Source: Rhodobacter sp.
GTDB lineage: Bacteria; Pseudomonadota; Alphaproteobacteria; Rhodobacterales; Rhodobacteraceae
Direction: 5' to 3'
Assembly: GCA_013821825.1 (NCBI GenBank)
Contig: PNJK01000005.1
Span: 17,703 to 81,702, forward strand
Length of the DNA stretch: 64,000 nt
The translations under genes and the position numbers were made by a program. Shown here one piece after another: positions 56,139-64,000 of this stretch. The notes beneath the pieces were generated by a model that was not told where the DNA came from, made no database searches, and worked only from the letters and a program-made list of their open reading frames with translations. Numbering within the stretch: the stretch's first letter is position 1; every line of letters starts with the position of its first letter.

Positions 56139-57247
56139 GCCGCAGCCGCCCCCCGCAATCGTCTTGGCCGCTGCGCCTGCCACAACAGGCCCGCCGTCAC
56201 CGCCATCCCCGCAAGTGGCGCCAGATAGACCGCCGGCCACCCCGCTGCCAGCCTGATCGCCACGCTGCCGCCCCAGGTCCAGATCAGCTGCATCGCGATC
56301 AAGAGCCCGACCGCCAGCGCCATCTGCCGCCAAAGCCCAAAGCGCGAGAATCCGCCCAGCATCAGCGCCGCAAAGCCGAGCAACGGGGCCGCCACCGCCA
56401 TCAGCGGGGCCGCCAGCCGCGAATGCCCCTCTTCCAGCATCTGCGCACGGGTCGACCCGGCCAGTGCCGTCTCATCCCCCGTCAAGAGGACCCGCGTCGA
56501 CAGCGCGTTCAGCGCCACCCGCCCGCCATCCGCAACCGAGACCAGCCCGGCAAGGTCCAGCGTGAAATCGGCAAACCGCGTCACCGCCAGCCGCCTGTCA
56601 CCCCGCGTCAGCGACTGCGTCGCGCCGTTCAGCATCACCAGCTTCGGCGCCACCTCGCCCCGCACCAGGAACGCCTTGCGCGCGGTGTGGACGACCCTTT
56701 CCCCCTTGCTCCGCTCATCGGCCAGAAACAGATCGATCAGCTCACCCGTCGGGGTAATCTCGCGGATGTAGACTGTGATCCCCGCGGCCGGATGCGTGAA
56801 CTGCCCCGCGTTCAGGAACCGCGCCGTGATGTTCTTGGATATTTCCGCACTTCGCGTGCTCAGCACCCGCTGGCTTGCCGGCACCAGCACATTGGTCAGC
56901 AGCAGTTGCATCACCATTACCACCAGCCCGAAGTACAGCACCGGCCGCGCCAGCCGGTATGCCGAAAACCCGGTGGCCTGCATCACCACCATCTCGCTTT
57001 CCTGCATCAGCCGGTTCACCACATAGACCGAGGCCGCGAAGGCCGCCACCGGCAGCACCAGCCGGATCGCATTTGGCAGCGTCAGGATGGTGAACTCCAG
57101 AAACACCAGCGCCGACTGGCCATCTCCGATCAGCTGGTCGAACAGGCCGACAGCCCGGTTCACCCAGTAGATCGCCACAAGCACCAGCGCGAAAAAGCCA
57201 AACAGCTGAAGCAGTTGCGACAGGAGATATCTGTCGAATCTAGACAC
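56135..57247 (-). CDS. lptF: LPS export ABC transporter permease LptF
   Basis: GTG 57247 follows GAAGGG and gives (M)SRFDRYLLSQLLQLFGFFALVLVAIYWVNRAV. The product is 370 aa of the YjgP/YjgQ family. It is divergent from pepA, as in many proteobacteria. Confidence 0.85.
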   Translation of the reverse strand: MSRFDRYLLSQLLQLFGFFALVLVAIYWVNRAVGLFDQLIGDGQSALVFLEFTILTLPNAIRLVLPVAAFAASVYVVNRLMQESEMVVMQATGFSAYRLARPVLYFGLVVMVMQLLLTNVLVPASQRVLSTRSAEISKNITARFLNAGQFTHPAAGITVYIREITPTGELIDLFLADERSKGERVVHTARKAFLVRGEVAPKLVMLNGATQSLTRGDRRLAVTRFADFTLDLAGLVSVADGGRVALNALSTRVLLTGDETALAGSTRAQMLEEGHSRLAAPLMAVAAPLLGFAALMLGGFSRFGLWRQMALAVGLLIAMQLIWTWGGSVAIRLAAGWPAVYLAPLAGMAVTAGLLWQAQRPRRLRGAAAA

Positions 57248-57402
57248 GTGCCCTTCAGCCCCCACAAGATGTTGCGATGACCCTAGCGGAATTAGCCAGC
57301 GGCGAAAACTCATATCTGGCCATTCCGGAAACGTGACTGTAGCCTTCCGGCAATCCCCCGCCCAGTGCGGGGTTCGCCCCCTTCTCTTGCAAAGACCGCC
57401 TC

Positions 57403-58875
57403 ATGTCCCAACCGCTTCCGATCCAGTTCCAGACCACCGATCTTGACGCACTGGCCGGCGCAAAGGGCCGTCTTGCCGTGCTGGCCGACGTGGGCGCTCC
57501 GCTTGGACCCGTTCTGAAGCGGCTGGACCGCCTGACCAAAGGTGCCGTTGCCCGGGCGCTGGCGTCCCAGGCGTTTTCCAAGCTGAAACCCGGCGAAGGA
57601 TTGGACCTTGGCTTCCCGTCCGGCCTTGCCTGCGATGCGGTCCATATCCTGCGCCTGCCGAAACGAACTGACGCCGCAACCGCCCGCAAGGCAGGGGCTG
57701 CCGCTGGCCGTGCCCATGGGGCAGGCGGCACGCTTCTGGTGGCCGAAGGCCATCCCCGCGCCGCCGATCTGGCCTTTGGCCTGGCGCTGCGCGCCTATGA
57801 GTTCTCGACCCACAAGAGCGGCGAGAAGACCACGCCCGGCCCGGTGACGATGATGGTGGCAAAGCCTGAATCGGTCGCCCGCACCGCCGCGCCGATGGCT
57901 GCGGTGGCGGAAGGCGTGTTCTTCACCCGCGATCTGGTGAACGAACCGGCGAACATCCTGACCACCCACGATTTCGCCGCCCGCCTTGCCGCGATGCAGG
58001 AACTGGGGCTGGAGGTCGAGATCCTCGAGGAAGACCAGCTGATAAAACTTGGCATGCGCGCGCTTTTGGGCGTGGGGCAAGGGTCGGAAAGCCCGTCGAA
58101 GGTCGTGGTGATGCATTGGAACGGCGGCAAGAAGGGCGAAGCCCCGTTTGCGCTGGTCGGCAAGGGGGTGGTCTTCGACACTGGCGGCATCTCGATCAAG
58201 CCTGCCGCGGGCATGGAAGACATGACGATGGACATGGGCGGGGCCGGGGTCGTTGCGGGCGTGATGCGCACGCTGGCGCTGCGCAAGGCCAAGGCCAATG
58301 TCGTGGGGCTGGTCGGGATCGTGGAAAACATGCCTGACGGCCGGGCACAGCGTCCGGGCGACGTGGTCCGCTCGATGAAGGGCGACACCATCGAGGTGAT
58401 CAACACCGACGCCGAGGGGCGTCTGGTGCTGGCCGACGTGCTCTGGTACGCGCAGGAGCGGTTCAAGCCAACCGGCATGATCGACCTTGCCACCCTGACC
58501 GGCGCGATCATCGTGGCACTGGGGCATGAAAACACCGGCGTCTTTTCCAACAACGACGATCTGTGCAATGCTTTCCTCAAGGCCGCCGCCGCCGAGGGCG
58601 AGGGCGCCTGGCGGATGCCGATGGGCGACGGCTACGATGCCAAGCTGAAATCCCGGGTGGCCGACATGGTCAATTCCTGTGGGCGCGATGGTGGTGCGGT
58701 GACGGCGGCGCAGTTCCTTGCCCGCTTCGTCAAACCGGAAACGCCGTGGTGCCACCTCGACATCGCGGGAACAGCACTTCTCAAGACCGACTCCACTCTG
58801 GCACCGAAAGGGGCCACCGGCTGGGGCGTGATGGCGCTTGACCGGCTGATCCGCGACCGGTTCGAGAAGGGCTGA
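57403..58875 (+). CDS. pepA: leucyl aminopeptidase (M17)
   Basis: 490 aa. Readable segments are VGKGVVFDTGGISIKP, the signature NTDAEGRLVLAD and WCHLDIAG. Confidence 0.95.
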   Translation: MSQPLPIQFQTTDLDALAGAKGRLAVLADVGAPLGPVLKRLDRLTKGAVARALASQAFSKLKPGEGLDLGFPSGLACDAVHILRLPKRTDAATARKAGAAAGRAHGAGGTLLVAEGHPRAADLAFGLALRAYEFSTHKSGEKTTPGPVTMMVAKPESVARTAAPMAAVAEGVFFTRDLVNEPANILTTHDFAARLAAMQELGLEVEILEEDQLIKLGMRALLGVGQGSESPSKVVVMHWNGGKKGEAPFALVGKGVVFDTGGISIKPAAGMEDMTMDMGGAGVVAGVMRTLALRKAKANVVGLVGIVENMPDGRAQRPGDVVRSMKGDTIEVINTDAEGRLVLADVLWYAQERFKPTGMIDLATLTGAIIVALGHENTGVFSNNDDLCNAFLKAAAAEGEGAWRMPMGDGYDAKLKSRVADMVNSCGRDGGAVTAAQFLARFVKPETPWCHLDIAGTALLKTDSTLAPKGATGWGVMALDRLIRDRFEKG

Positions 58876-58969
58876 TTGCGGTGTCGCACCTTCAGTCCTT
58901 GCGGTCCGTCTTCGTTGGCGGCACGGCAGGGTGCCCATCCGGGCATGGGGGTGCGGCTTGGTCGTCGTG

Positions 58970-59425
58970 ATGTTTTTCCACCTCACCCGCTCGGCCGCCG
59001 CTGACACGCTGGCGGTGAACCTTCCCCGCGCGCTGGCGCAGGGTTGGCGCGTGCTGGTCCGGGGCACTGATCCGGCAGGCCTTGACCGGCTGGACGCCGA
59101 TCTCTGGCTCAAGGGCGGCGAGGCAAGCTTCATCCCCCACGGGCGCGAGGGCGGGCCGCACGACGCTGACCAACCGGTGCTGATCTCGCGCGGGACCGGG
59201 CCGAGTGGTGCCAAGGTGCTGGCGCTGGTCGACGGGGCAGGGGCCGAGGACGCCGAGATTGCGGCGATGGAACGGGTCTGGGTCCTGTTCGATGGCAATG
59301 ACCAGGACCGGCTTCAGGCGGCCCGCACACAGTGGAAAGCGATGACCGCCGCCGGTCACGCCGCGCAATACTGGTCCGAGGAGAGTGGCCGCTGGGAGAA
59401 GAAGGCGGAAAACCCCGCGCAGTGA
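58970..59425 (+). CDS. holC: DNA polymerase III subunit chi
   Basis: ATG 58970 gives MFFHLTRSAAADTLAVNLPRALAQGWRVLVR. The product is 151 aa and lies in the conserved position downstream of pepA. Confidence 0.8.
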   Translation: MFFHLTRSAAADTLAVNLPRALAQGWRVLVRGTDPAGLDRLDADLWLKGGEASFIPHGREGGPHDADQPVLISRGTGPSGAKVLALVDGAGAEDAEIAAMERVWVLFDGNDQDRLQAARTQWKAMTAAGHAAQYWSEESGRWEKKAENPAQ

Positions 59426-59434
59426 AAGCGGGAA

Positions 59435-60010
59435 TTACTGCCGCAAGATCAGCCTGTCCCCGGCGAACTCCATCCGGAACTGGCCCAGATAATCCATCCC
59501 CAGCAGTGACCCCGCCATCTCGCCTTCGGTCACATAGGCGCGGAAGTTATCGTTGCGGAAGGGGCCAAGCTCGATCTTTGGCAGCGTCACCTGCGCCGTC
59601 CGCACCACACCGTTCGCGGTCATCGCCTCACCCAGAAACGTCAGGCTTTCCGCCTCGATCCCCAGCCGCTTGGCGTCGTCAAGGCTGAGAACCATCCCCG
59701 AAGCCCCGGTGTCGACCAAGAACGGAACCGGCGTGTCGTTGATCTCCAGCGTCAGGTAGTATTGCCCGTCCGAAGCCCGCGGCACCTCGACCCCGCCCGA
59801 GGTGCTGACCATCTGGCGGGGCAAGGCGTCCTGCCGGATATCCGACCAAAGGCCATAGCCCGCCATCATCCCGACGAAGATCAGTCCCCAGGCCAGCGCC
59901 ATCCGCAAGGCCTGCCCCATGCGCTGACGAAATTCGACCATTACCCAGCCGCCAAGCGCCACCAGAATGATCGCCAGATAAGCCACGCGGGCAAGGGTTT
60001 CTCCGTCCAT
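59435..60010 (-). CDS. membrane-anchored retropepsin-like aspartic protease (TIGR02281-type, clan AA)
   Basis: ATG 60010 follows GGAGGAAAGT. The product is 191 aa with two N-terminal TM helices, then the catalytic FLVDTGASGMVL and GSLLGMDYL. Confidence 0.8.
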   Translation of the reverse strand: MDGETLARVAYLAIILVALGGWVMVEFRQRMGQALRMALAWGLIFVGMMAGYGLWSDIRQDALPRQMVSTSGGVEVPRASDGQYYLTLEINDTPVPFLVDTGASGMVLSLDDAKRLGIEAESLTFLGEAMTANGVVRTAQVTLPKIELGPFRNDNFRAYVTEGEMAGSLLGMDYLGQFRMEFAGDRLILRQ

Positions 60011-60061
60011 ACTTTCCTCCGGTTCTCGCCAATATGGGGGCACAGGCACGCCTTGAAAAGG

Positions 60062-60682
60062 TCAGCCGATCAGCCCGGTCCCCTTGACCCCGTCAATCAC
60101 GAACTGCACCGACAGCGCCGCCAGCAGCATCCCCAGCAGACGGGTGATGACGATGGTCCCGGTGCGGCCCAGCATCCGCTCCAGCGGGGGCGAGGCGAGA
60201 AGGAAGGCATAGGTCACGACGATCATCACCAGCATCAGGCCGAGGACCGCGAAAGTGCCGGGCCAGCCGGCCCCTGCCTCGCCGACCAGCAGGATCATCG
60301 TCGCTATCGCACCCGGTCCGGCAATCAGGGGGGTGGCGAGCGGGAAGACCGAAGGGTCGTGGTCGGGGTCCACCTGCTGCCCCTCGCGCCGCTGGGTGCG
60401 GCGTTCAAACAGCATGTCGAGTGCGGTGAGGAACAGAAGAATCCCCCCCGCGATGCGGAAGGCAGGCATCGAGATGCCGATGAAGCCCAGGATCGATTCC
60501 CCTGCCACGCCGAAGATAAGGAGAAGGACCGCCGCGATGATGCAGGCCCGCCGCGCCATCGCCCGGCGCTTTTCCGGGCCCATGCCGCGGGTCAGCGCGA
60601 TGAAGAGGGGCACAAGTCCCGGCGGGTCGATCACCACGAAAAGCGTGGCAAACGCGGTGATCAGGAAGGCAGCTTCTGGCAT
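60062..60682 (-). CDS. MarC family (UPF0056) inner membrane protein
   Basis: 206 aa with 6 hydrophobic helices. TLFVVIDPPGLVPLFIALT is typical of MarC/YhgN proteins. Confidence 0.8.
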   Translation of the reverse strand: MPEAAFLITAFATLFVVIDPPGLVPLFIALTRGMGPEKRRAMARRACIIAAVLLLIFGVAGESILGFIGISMPAFRIAGGILLFLTALDMLFERRTQRREGQQVDPDHDPSVFPLATPLIAGPGAIATMILLVGEAGAGWPGTFAVLGLMLVMIVVTYAFLLASPPLERMLGRTGTIVITRLLGMLLAALSVQFVIDGVKGTGLIG

Positions 60683-60754
60683 GGGGACCCCTGAGGTTGC
60701 CGCCAGGGTAGCCCGGCATTCTGTTGGTTGGAAAGCAGAACCTTGGGGGCAATG

Positions 60755-60804
60755 GCGCTGGCCCGAGTCAGCGCTTCTCGACCATGAATGAAACTGGCCA
60801 GCGC
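60755..60804. repeat. 9-bp perfect inverted repeat downstream of the ABC-F gene
   Basis: GCGCTGGCC-N32-GGCCAGCGC, located between the ABC-F stop (60825) and the marC start (60682). Confidence 0.35.
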
Positions 60805-60824
60805 AGGTGGACAGGTCGCAAGGA

Positions 60825-62672
60825 TCAGGCGGCCTGCTCCAGTTTTTCCTGTACTGTCAGCCACATAGCCTCGGCTCGGTCGAGCGCTTGCATCACTTCG
60901 GCATATTTGGCGTTCCACGTTGCAAGCTCGCCCTTGCGGGCATCCTCGTAAAGGGCGGGATCGGCAAGCTTGGCGGCCAGCTTGTCGCGCATGTCGTTCA
61001 GTTTCGCGAGGCGGTCTTCGCATTTGCGCACCTCGGCCTTCAGCGCAAGCACTTCGTCGCGGCTGGCTTTCGGTTTCTTCTCAACAGGTTTCGCGACGGC
61101 CTTCACGTCGTCTTCACCAGCCAGAAGCTGGCGGCGATAGGCCTCCAGATCTTCGGTATAGGGGGTCACGGCTCCGCCCTTGACCAGCCAAAGCCGGTCA
61201 GCCACCAGACCAAGCAGATGCATGTCATGGCTGACAAGGATCACCGCGCCGGAATAGGCGGTAAGGGCTTCGACCAGCGCTTCGCGGCTTTCGATGTCGA
61301 GGTGGTTGGTCGGTTCGTCGAGGATCAGAAGATGCGGCGCGTCAATGGTCGCGAGGAGGAGCGAGAGCCGCGCCTTCTGGCCACCGGAAAGGCGACCGAC
61401 AACGGTATCGGCCTGATCTGCCATCAGGCCGAAGCCGGCAAGTCGCGCGCGCAGACGGGCCTGCATCTCGGTCGGGCGCAGGCGCTGGATGTGTTGCAGC
61501 GGCGTTTCGTCAATGTGCAGCTCATCAACCTGATGCTGGGCGAAATACCCGATCCGCAGCTTTGACGAGCGGGCAAGCTTGCCCTCGCACGGTTGAAGTT
61601 TGCCTGCCAACAGCTTGGAAAGTGTTGATTTTCCTTCGCCGTTGCGACCCAGCAGGGCGATCCGGTCATCCTGATCGATCCGCAGGTTCAACCGCCGCAG
61701 GATCGGCGGGCCGCCGTAGCCGACCGCCGCGCCGTCAAGGTTGATGATCGGGGGTGAAAGCTCTTCGGGTTCCGGGAAGGTGAAGACCACCTTCTTCGCC
61801 TCTTCCGGCGCGGTGATAGGGGTCAGCTTTTCCAGCATCTTCACGCGTGACTGCGCTTGCACGGCCTTGGACGCCTTGGCCTTGAAGCGGTCGACGAAGC
61901 TTTGCAGATGGGCGCGGCGGGCATCGACCTTCTTCGCTTCGGCAGTGAGGACAGCGCGGCGTTCGGCCATCTGGCGGGCGAACTGGTCGTAAGGGCCAGT
62001 CCAATAGGTCAGCTTGCGGTTGTCGAGGTGCAGGATGCCCTGCACGGCGCGGTTCAGCAGGCCGCGGTCGTGGCTGATGATCAGGACGGTATGGGGATAC
62101 TTCTGCAGGTAGGCTTCCAGCCAGAGCGCGCCTTCCAGATCAAGATAGTTGGTCGGTTCGTCCAAAAGCAGATAGTCGGGCTGGGCGAAGAGCACGCCAG
62201 CCAGCGCCACGCGCATCCGCCAGCCGCCGGAAAACGCCGAGCAGGGCATGAGCTGTTGTTCAGGATCGAAGCCCAAGCCTTTGAGAATGCTGGAGGCCCG
62301 ACTTTCGGCGGACCAGGCGTCGATGTCGGTCAGGCGCGACTGGATTTCGGCAATCCGGTGCGGATCGGTGGCGATATCCGCCTCGTACAGCAGGCTGGCG
62401 CGCTCGGTATCGGCCTGTAGGACCGTGTCGAGCAGCGAGATTTCCGAGGATGGCACTTCCTGCGCGACGCCGCCGATGCGGGCGCGCTGGGGCAGGGTGA
62501 TCGTGCCGCCCTCCAGCGCCAGCTCGCCCCGGATCAGACGGAAGAGCGTGGTCTTGCCGGCGCCGTTCCGCCCGACGAGGCCAACCTTGTGGCCGGTGGG
62601 TATGGTGGCAGAGGCGCCCTCGAACAAAGGGCGGCCTTCGACGGAATAGGTGAGGTCTTCGATCTTCAGCAT
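60825..62672 (-). CDS. ABC-F family ATPase (two ABC domains, no TM; translation-factor type)
   Basis: ATG 62672 gives 615 aa. Walker A occurs twice (GRNGAGKTT and GRNGEGKST), as do the signatures ([12 protein letters not shown] and [12 protein letters not shown]). The C-terminal tail is a charged coiled coil. The 159 codons upstream in the track ORF are not protein-like. Confidence 0.9.
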   Translation of the reverse strand: MLKIEDLTYSVEGRPLFEGASATIPTGHKVGLVGRNGAGKTTLFRLIRGELALEGGTITLPQRARIGGVAQEVPSSEISLLDTVLQADTERASLLYEADIATDPHRIAEIQSRLTDIDAWSAESRASSILKGLGFDPEQQLMPCSAFSGGWRMRVALAGVLFAQPDYLLLDEPTNYLDLEGALWLEAYLQKYPHTVLIISHDRGLLNRAVQGILHLDNRKLTYWTGPYDQFARQMAERRAVLTAEAKKVDARRAHLQSFVDRFKAKASKAVQAQSRVKMLEKLTPITAPEEAKKVVFTFPEPEELSPPIINLDGAAVGYGGPPILRRLNLRIDQDDRIALLGRNGEGKSTLSKLLAGKLQPCEGKLARSSKLRIGYFAQHQVDELHIDETPLQHIQRLRPTEMQARLRARLAGFGLMADQADTVVGRLSGGQKARLSLLLATIDAPHLLILDEPTNHLDIESREALVEALTAYSGAVILVSHDMHLLGLVADRLWLVKGGAVTPYTEDLEAYRRQLLAGEDDVKAVAKPVEKKPKASRDEVLALKAEVRKCEDRLAKLNDMRDKLAAKLADPALYEDARKGELATWNAKYAEVMQALDRAEAMWLTVQEKLEQAA

Positions 62673-62798
62673 GGCCGCTGCCTGCCCGAAGCCGGGCGCC
62701 GCGTCAATGCCGCGACACCTTTTCAACGCAGGCGGGGCGTGATAGCTGCCGCGCGTCCCATTCCGGCACTGATGTGCCAAGAACCCATGGAGAGCCCG

Positions 62799-63221
62799 AT
62801 GGCCACCGAACGTACCCTGTCGATCATCAAACCCGACGCCACCAGACGCAACCTGACCGGCAAGATCATTGCCAAGTTCGAAGAGGCCGGCCTGCGGGTC
62901 GTCGCCTCGAAGCGCATCCACCTGACCACAGCGCAGGCCGGCGGCTTTTATGCCGAACACAAGGAGCGCGGCTTCTACGGTGAACTGGTGGCCTACATGG
63001 CGTCCGAGCCGGTGGTCGTGCAGGTGCTGGAAGGCGAAGGCGCGATCCTGAAGAACCGCGAAGTGATGGGCGCGACCGATCCGGCCGCTGCCGCTGACGG
63101 CACGATCCGCAAGGAGTTTGCGCTGTCGAAGGGCGAGAACTCGGTTCACGGGTCCGACAGCGAGGCCGCGGCCGCGCGCGAGATCGCATTCTTCTTCTCG
63201 GGCCTTGAACTGGTCGGCTGA
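62799..63221 (+). CDS. ndk: nucleoside-diphosphate kinase
   Basis: 140 aa beginning [23 protein letters not shown]. The active-site context is [14 protein letters not shown] lies upstream. Confidence 0.97.
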   Translation: MATERTLSIIKPDATRRNLTGKIIAKFEEAGLRVVASKRIHLTTAQAGGFYAEHKERGFYGELVAYMASEPVVVQVLEGEGAILKNREVMGATDPAAAADGTIRKEFALSKGENSVHGSDSEAAAAREIAFFFSGLELVG

Positions 63222-63242
63222 GGACGTTCCAGATTGAAGGGA

Positions 63243-63270
63243 GGCCCGGAGACTTCTCCGGGCCTTTTTT
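63243..63270 (+). terminator. intrinsic terminator of ndk
   Basis: GGCCCGGAG-ACTT-CTCCGGGCC, a 9-bp stem, followed by TTTTTT. Confidence 0.85.
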
Positions 63271-63421
63271 CATGGCAGGCGGTTGGCAGGGGAATGGGCT
63301 TGTGCCGGTATCTGGATATCGTGTAATCAGTATTATGTAATATAAACGGCACTGGAAAGGCCGGATATGCCGGGATATGAGGCATTGTCAGCGAAAGGAT
63401 GCCGTTTTGCCCTTCAGCCGT

Positions 63422-64000
63422 ATGATCAAGATCGCCCCGTCCATCCTGGCCGCCGATTTCGCAAACTTCGGCGCGGAATGCCGTGCGATTGAAGCGCAAG
63501 GCGCGGATTGGGTGCATGTCGACGTCATGGATGGCCATTTTGTGCCGAACCTGACCTTTGGCCCGACGATGTGTGCAAGCTTGCGACCGCATATCAAGGG
63601 CGTGATGGATGTCCACTTGATGATTGCGCCGGTGGACCCCTATCTTGAGGCCTTCGCCAGCGCCGGCGCCGATATCATCACCGCGCATGTCGAGGCTGGC
63701 CCGCACATTCACCGGACGCTGCAAGCCATTCGTTCCCTTGGGAAAAAGGCCGGTGTCGCGCTGAACCCCGGCACGCCGGTCGAGGCAGTTGCAGGCCTCT
63801 TGGACATGGTGGATCTGATCTGCGTGATGACGGTCAACCCCGGCTTCGGCGGACAAGGCTTCATCTCTGGCCAACTACCCAAGATCGTGGAATTGCGCCG
63901 TCTGATCGGTGATCGCCCGGTGCTTATCGAGGTGGATGGCGGGGTCACGGTGGCGACCGCGCCCCTGGTGGCCAAGGCCGGGGCCGATGTGCTGGTGGCC
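63422..64000 (+). CDS. rpe: ribulose-phosphate 3-epimerase, 3' end beyond the window
   Basis: Absent from the track because there is no stop in the window. My translation from ATG 63422 is MIKIAPSILAADFANFGAECRAIEAQGADWVHVDVMDGHFVPNLTFGP...VMTVNPGFGGQGFI...IEVDGGV, open to position 64000. Confidence 0.9.
   Translation, partial: MIKIAPSILAADFANFGAECRAIEAQGADWVHVDVMDGHFVPNLTFGPTMCASLRPHIKGVMDVHLMIAPVDPYLEAFASAGADIITAHVEAGPHIHRTLQAIRSLGKKAGVALNPGTPVEAVAGLLDMVDLICVMTVNPGFGGQGFISGQLPKIVELRRLIGDRPVLIEVDGGVTVATAPLVAKAGADVLVA

Noticed and set aside
1-64000. Mobile elements, prophage, CRISPR, toxin-antitoxin or defence islands
   Set aside because: I found no transposase, integrase or recombinase-like translations. 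There are no long terminal inverted or direct repeats and no short-repeat/spacer arrays. Apart from short promoter-sized AT-rich patches there is no compositional break, and the window reads as core chromosome.

Overview
GC-rich, gene-dense chromosomal segment. Gene content and synteny look alphaproteobacterial and Rhodobacterales-like: pntAB, lptF-lptG-lptD-surA-pdxA-rsmA, pepA-holC, ndk, rpe and the serine-cycle genes sga-mcl-mtkAB. I can support about 55 protein-coding genes, one decayed L,D-transpeptidase pseudogene, several intrinsic-terminator-type hairpins, a few candidate operators and two candidate small RNAs. I see no rRNA, tRNA, CRISPR array, transposase, integrase, phage or plasmid genes, and no obvious defence island. 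Many very long ORFs in the track (up to 918 aa) lie antisense to recognisable genes. They have Arg/Gly/Pro/His-rich composition, and I treat them as high-GC frame artefacts. All product calls rest on motifs I can read in the translations plus remembered family knowledge; no database search was run. No single locus here is an unambiguous new system. The best candidates for follow-up are: (1) an LpxD-like N-acyltransferase coupled to a private ACP and a KAS II, without reductase or dehydratase; (2) two terminator-bounded candidate sRNAs with CCUCC-type anti-Shine-Dalgarno motifs, in a divergent intergenic region that should not need terminators; (3) a DeoR-linked kinase-fold gene overlapping a THF-dependent demethylase gene, next to a serine-cycle module that has an XRE/IrrE-type (ScfR-like) regulator; (4) a Tat-signal DUF1800 paired with a signal-less DUF1501, next to an orphan 1348-aa GAF/PAS hybrid kinase; (5) an intact MepK-like DUF882 endopeptidase next to the wreck of its LdtD-like partner.
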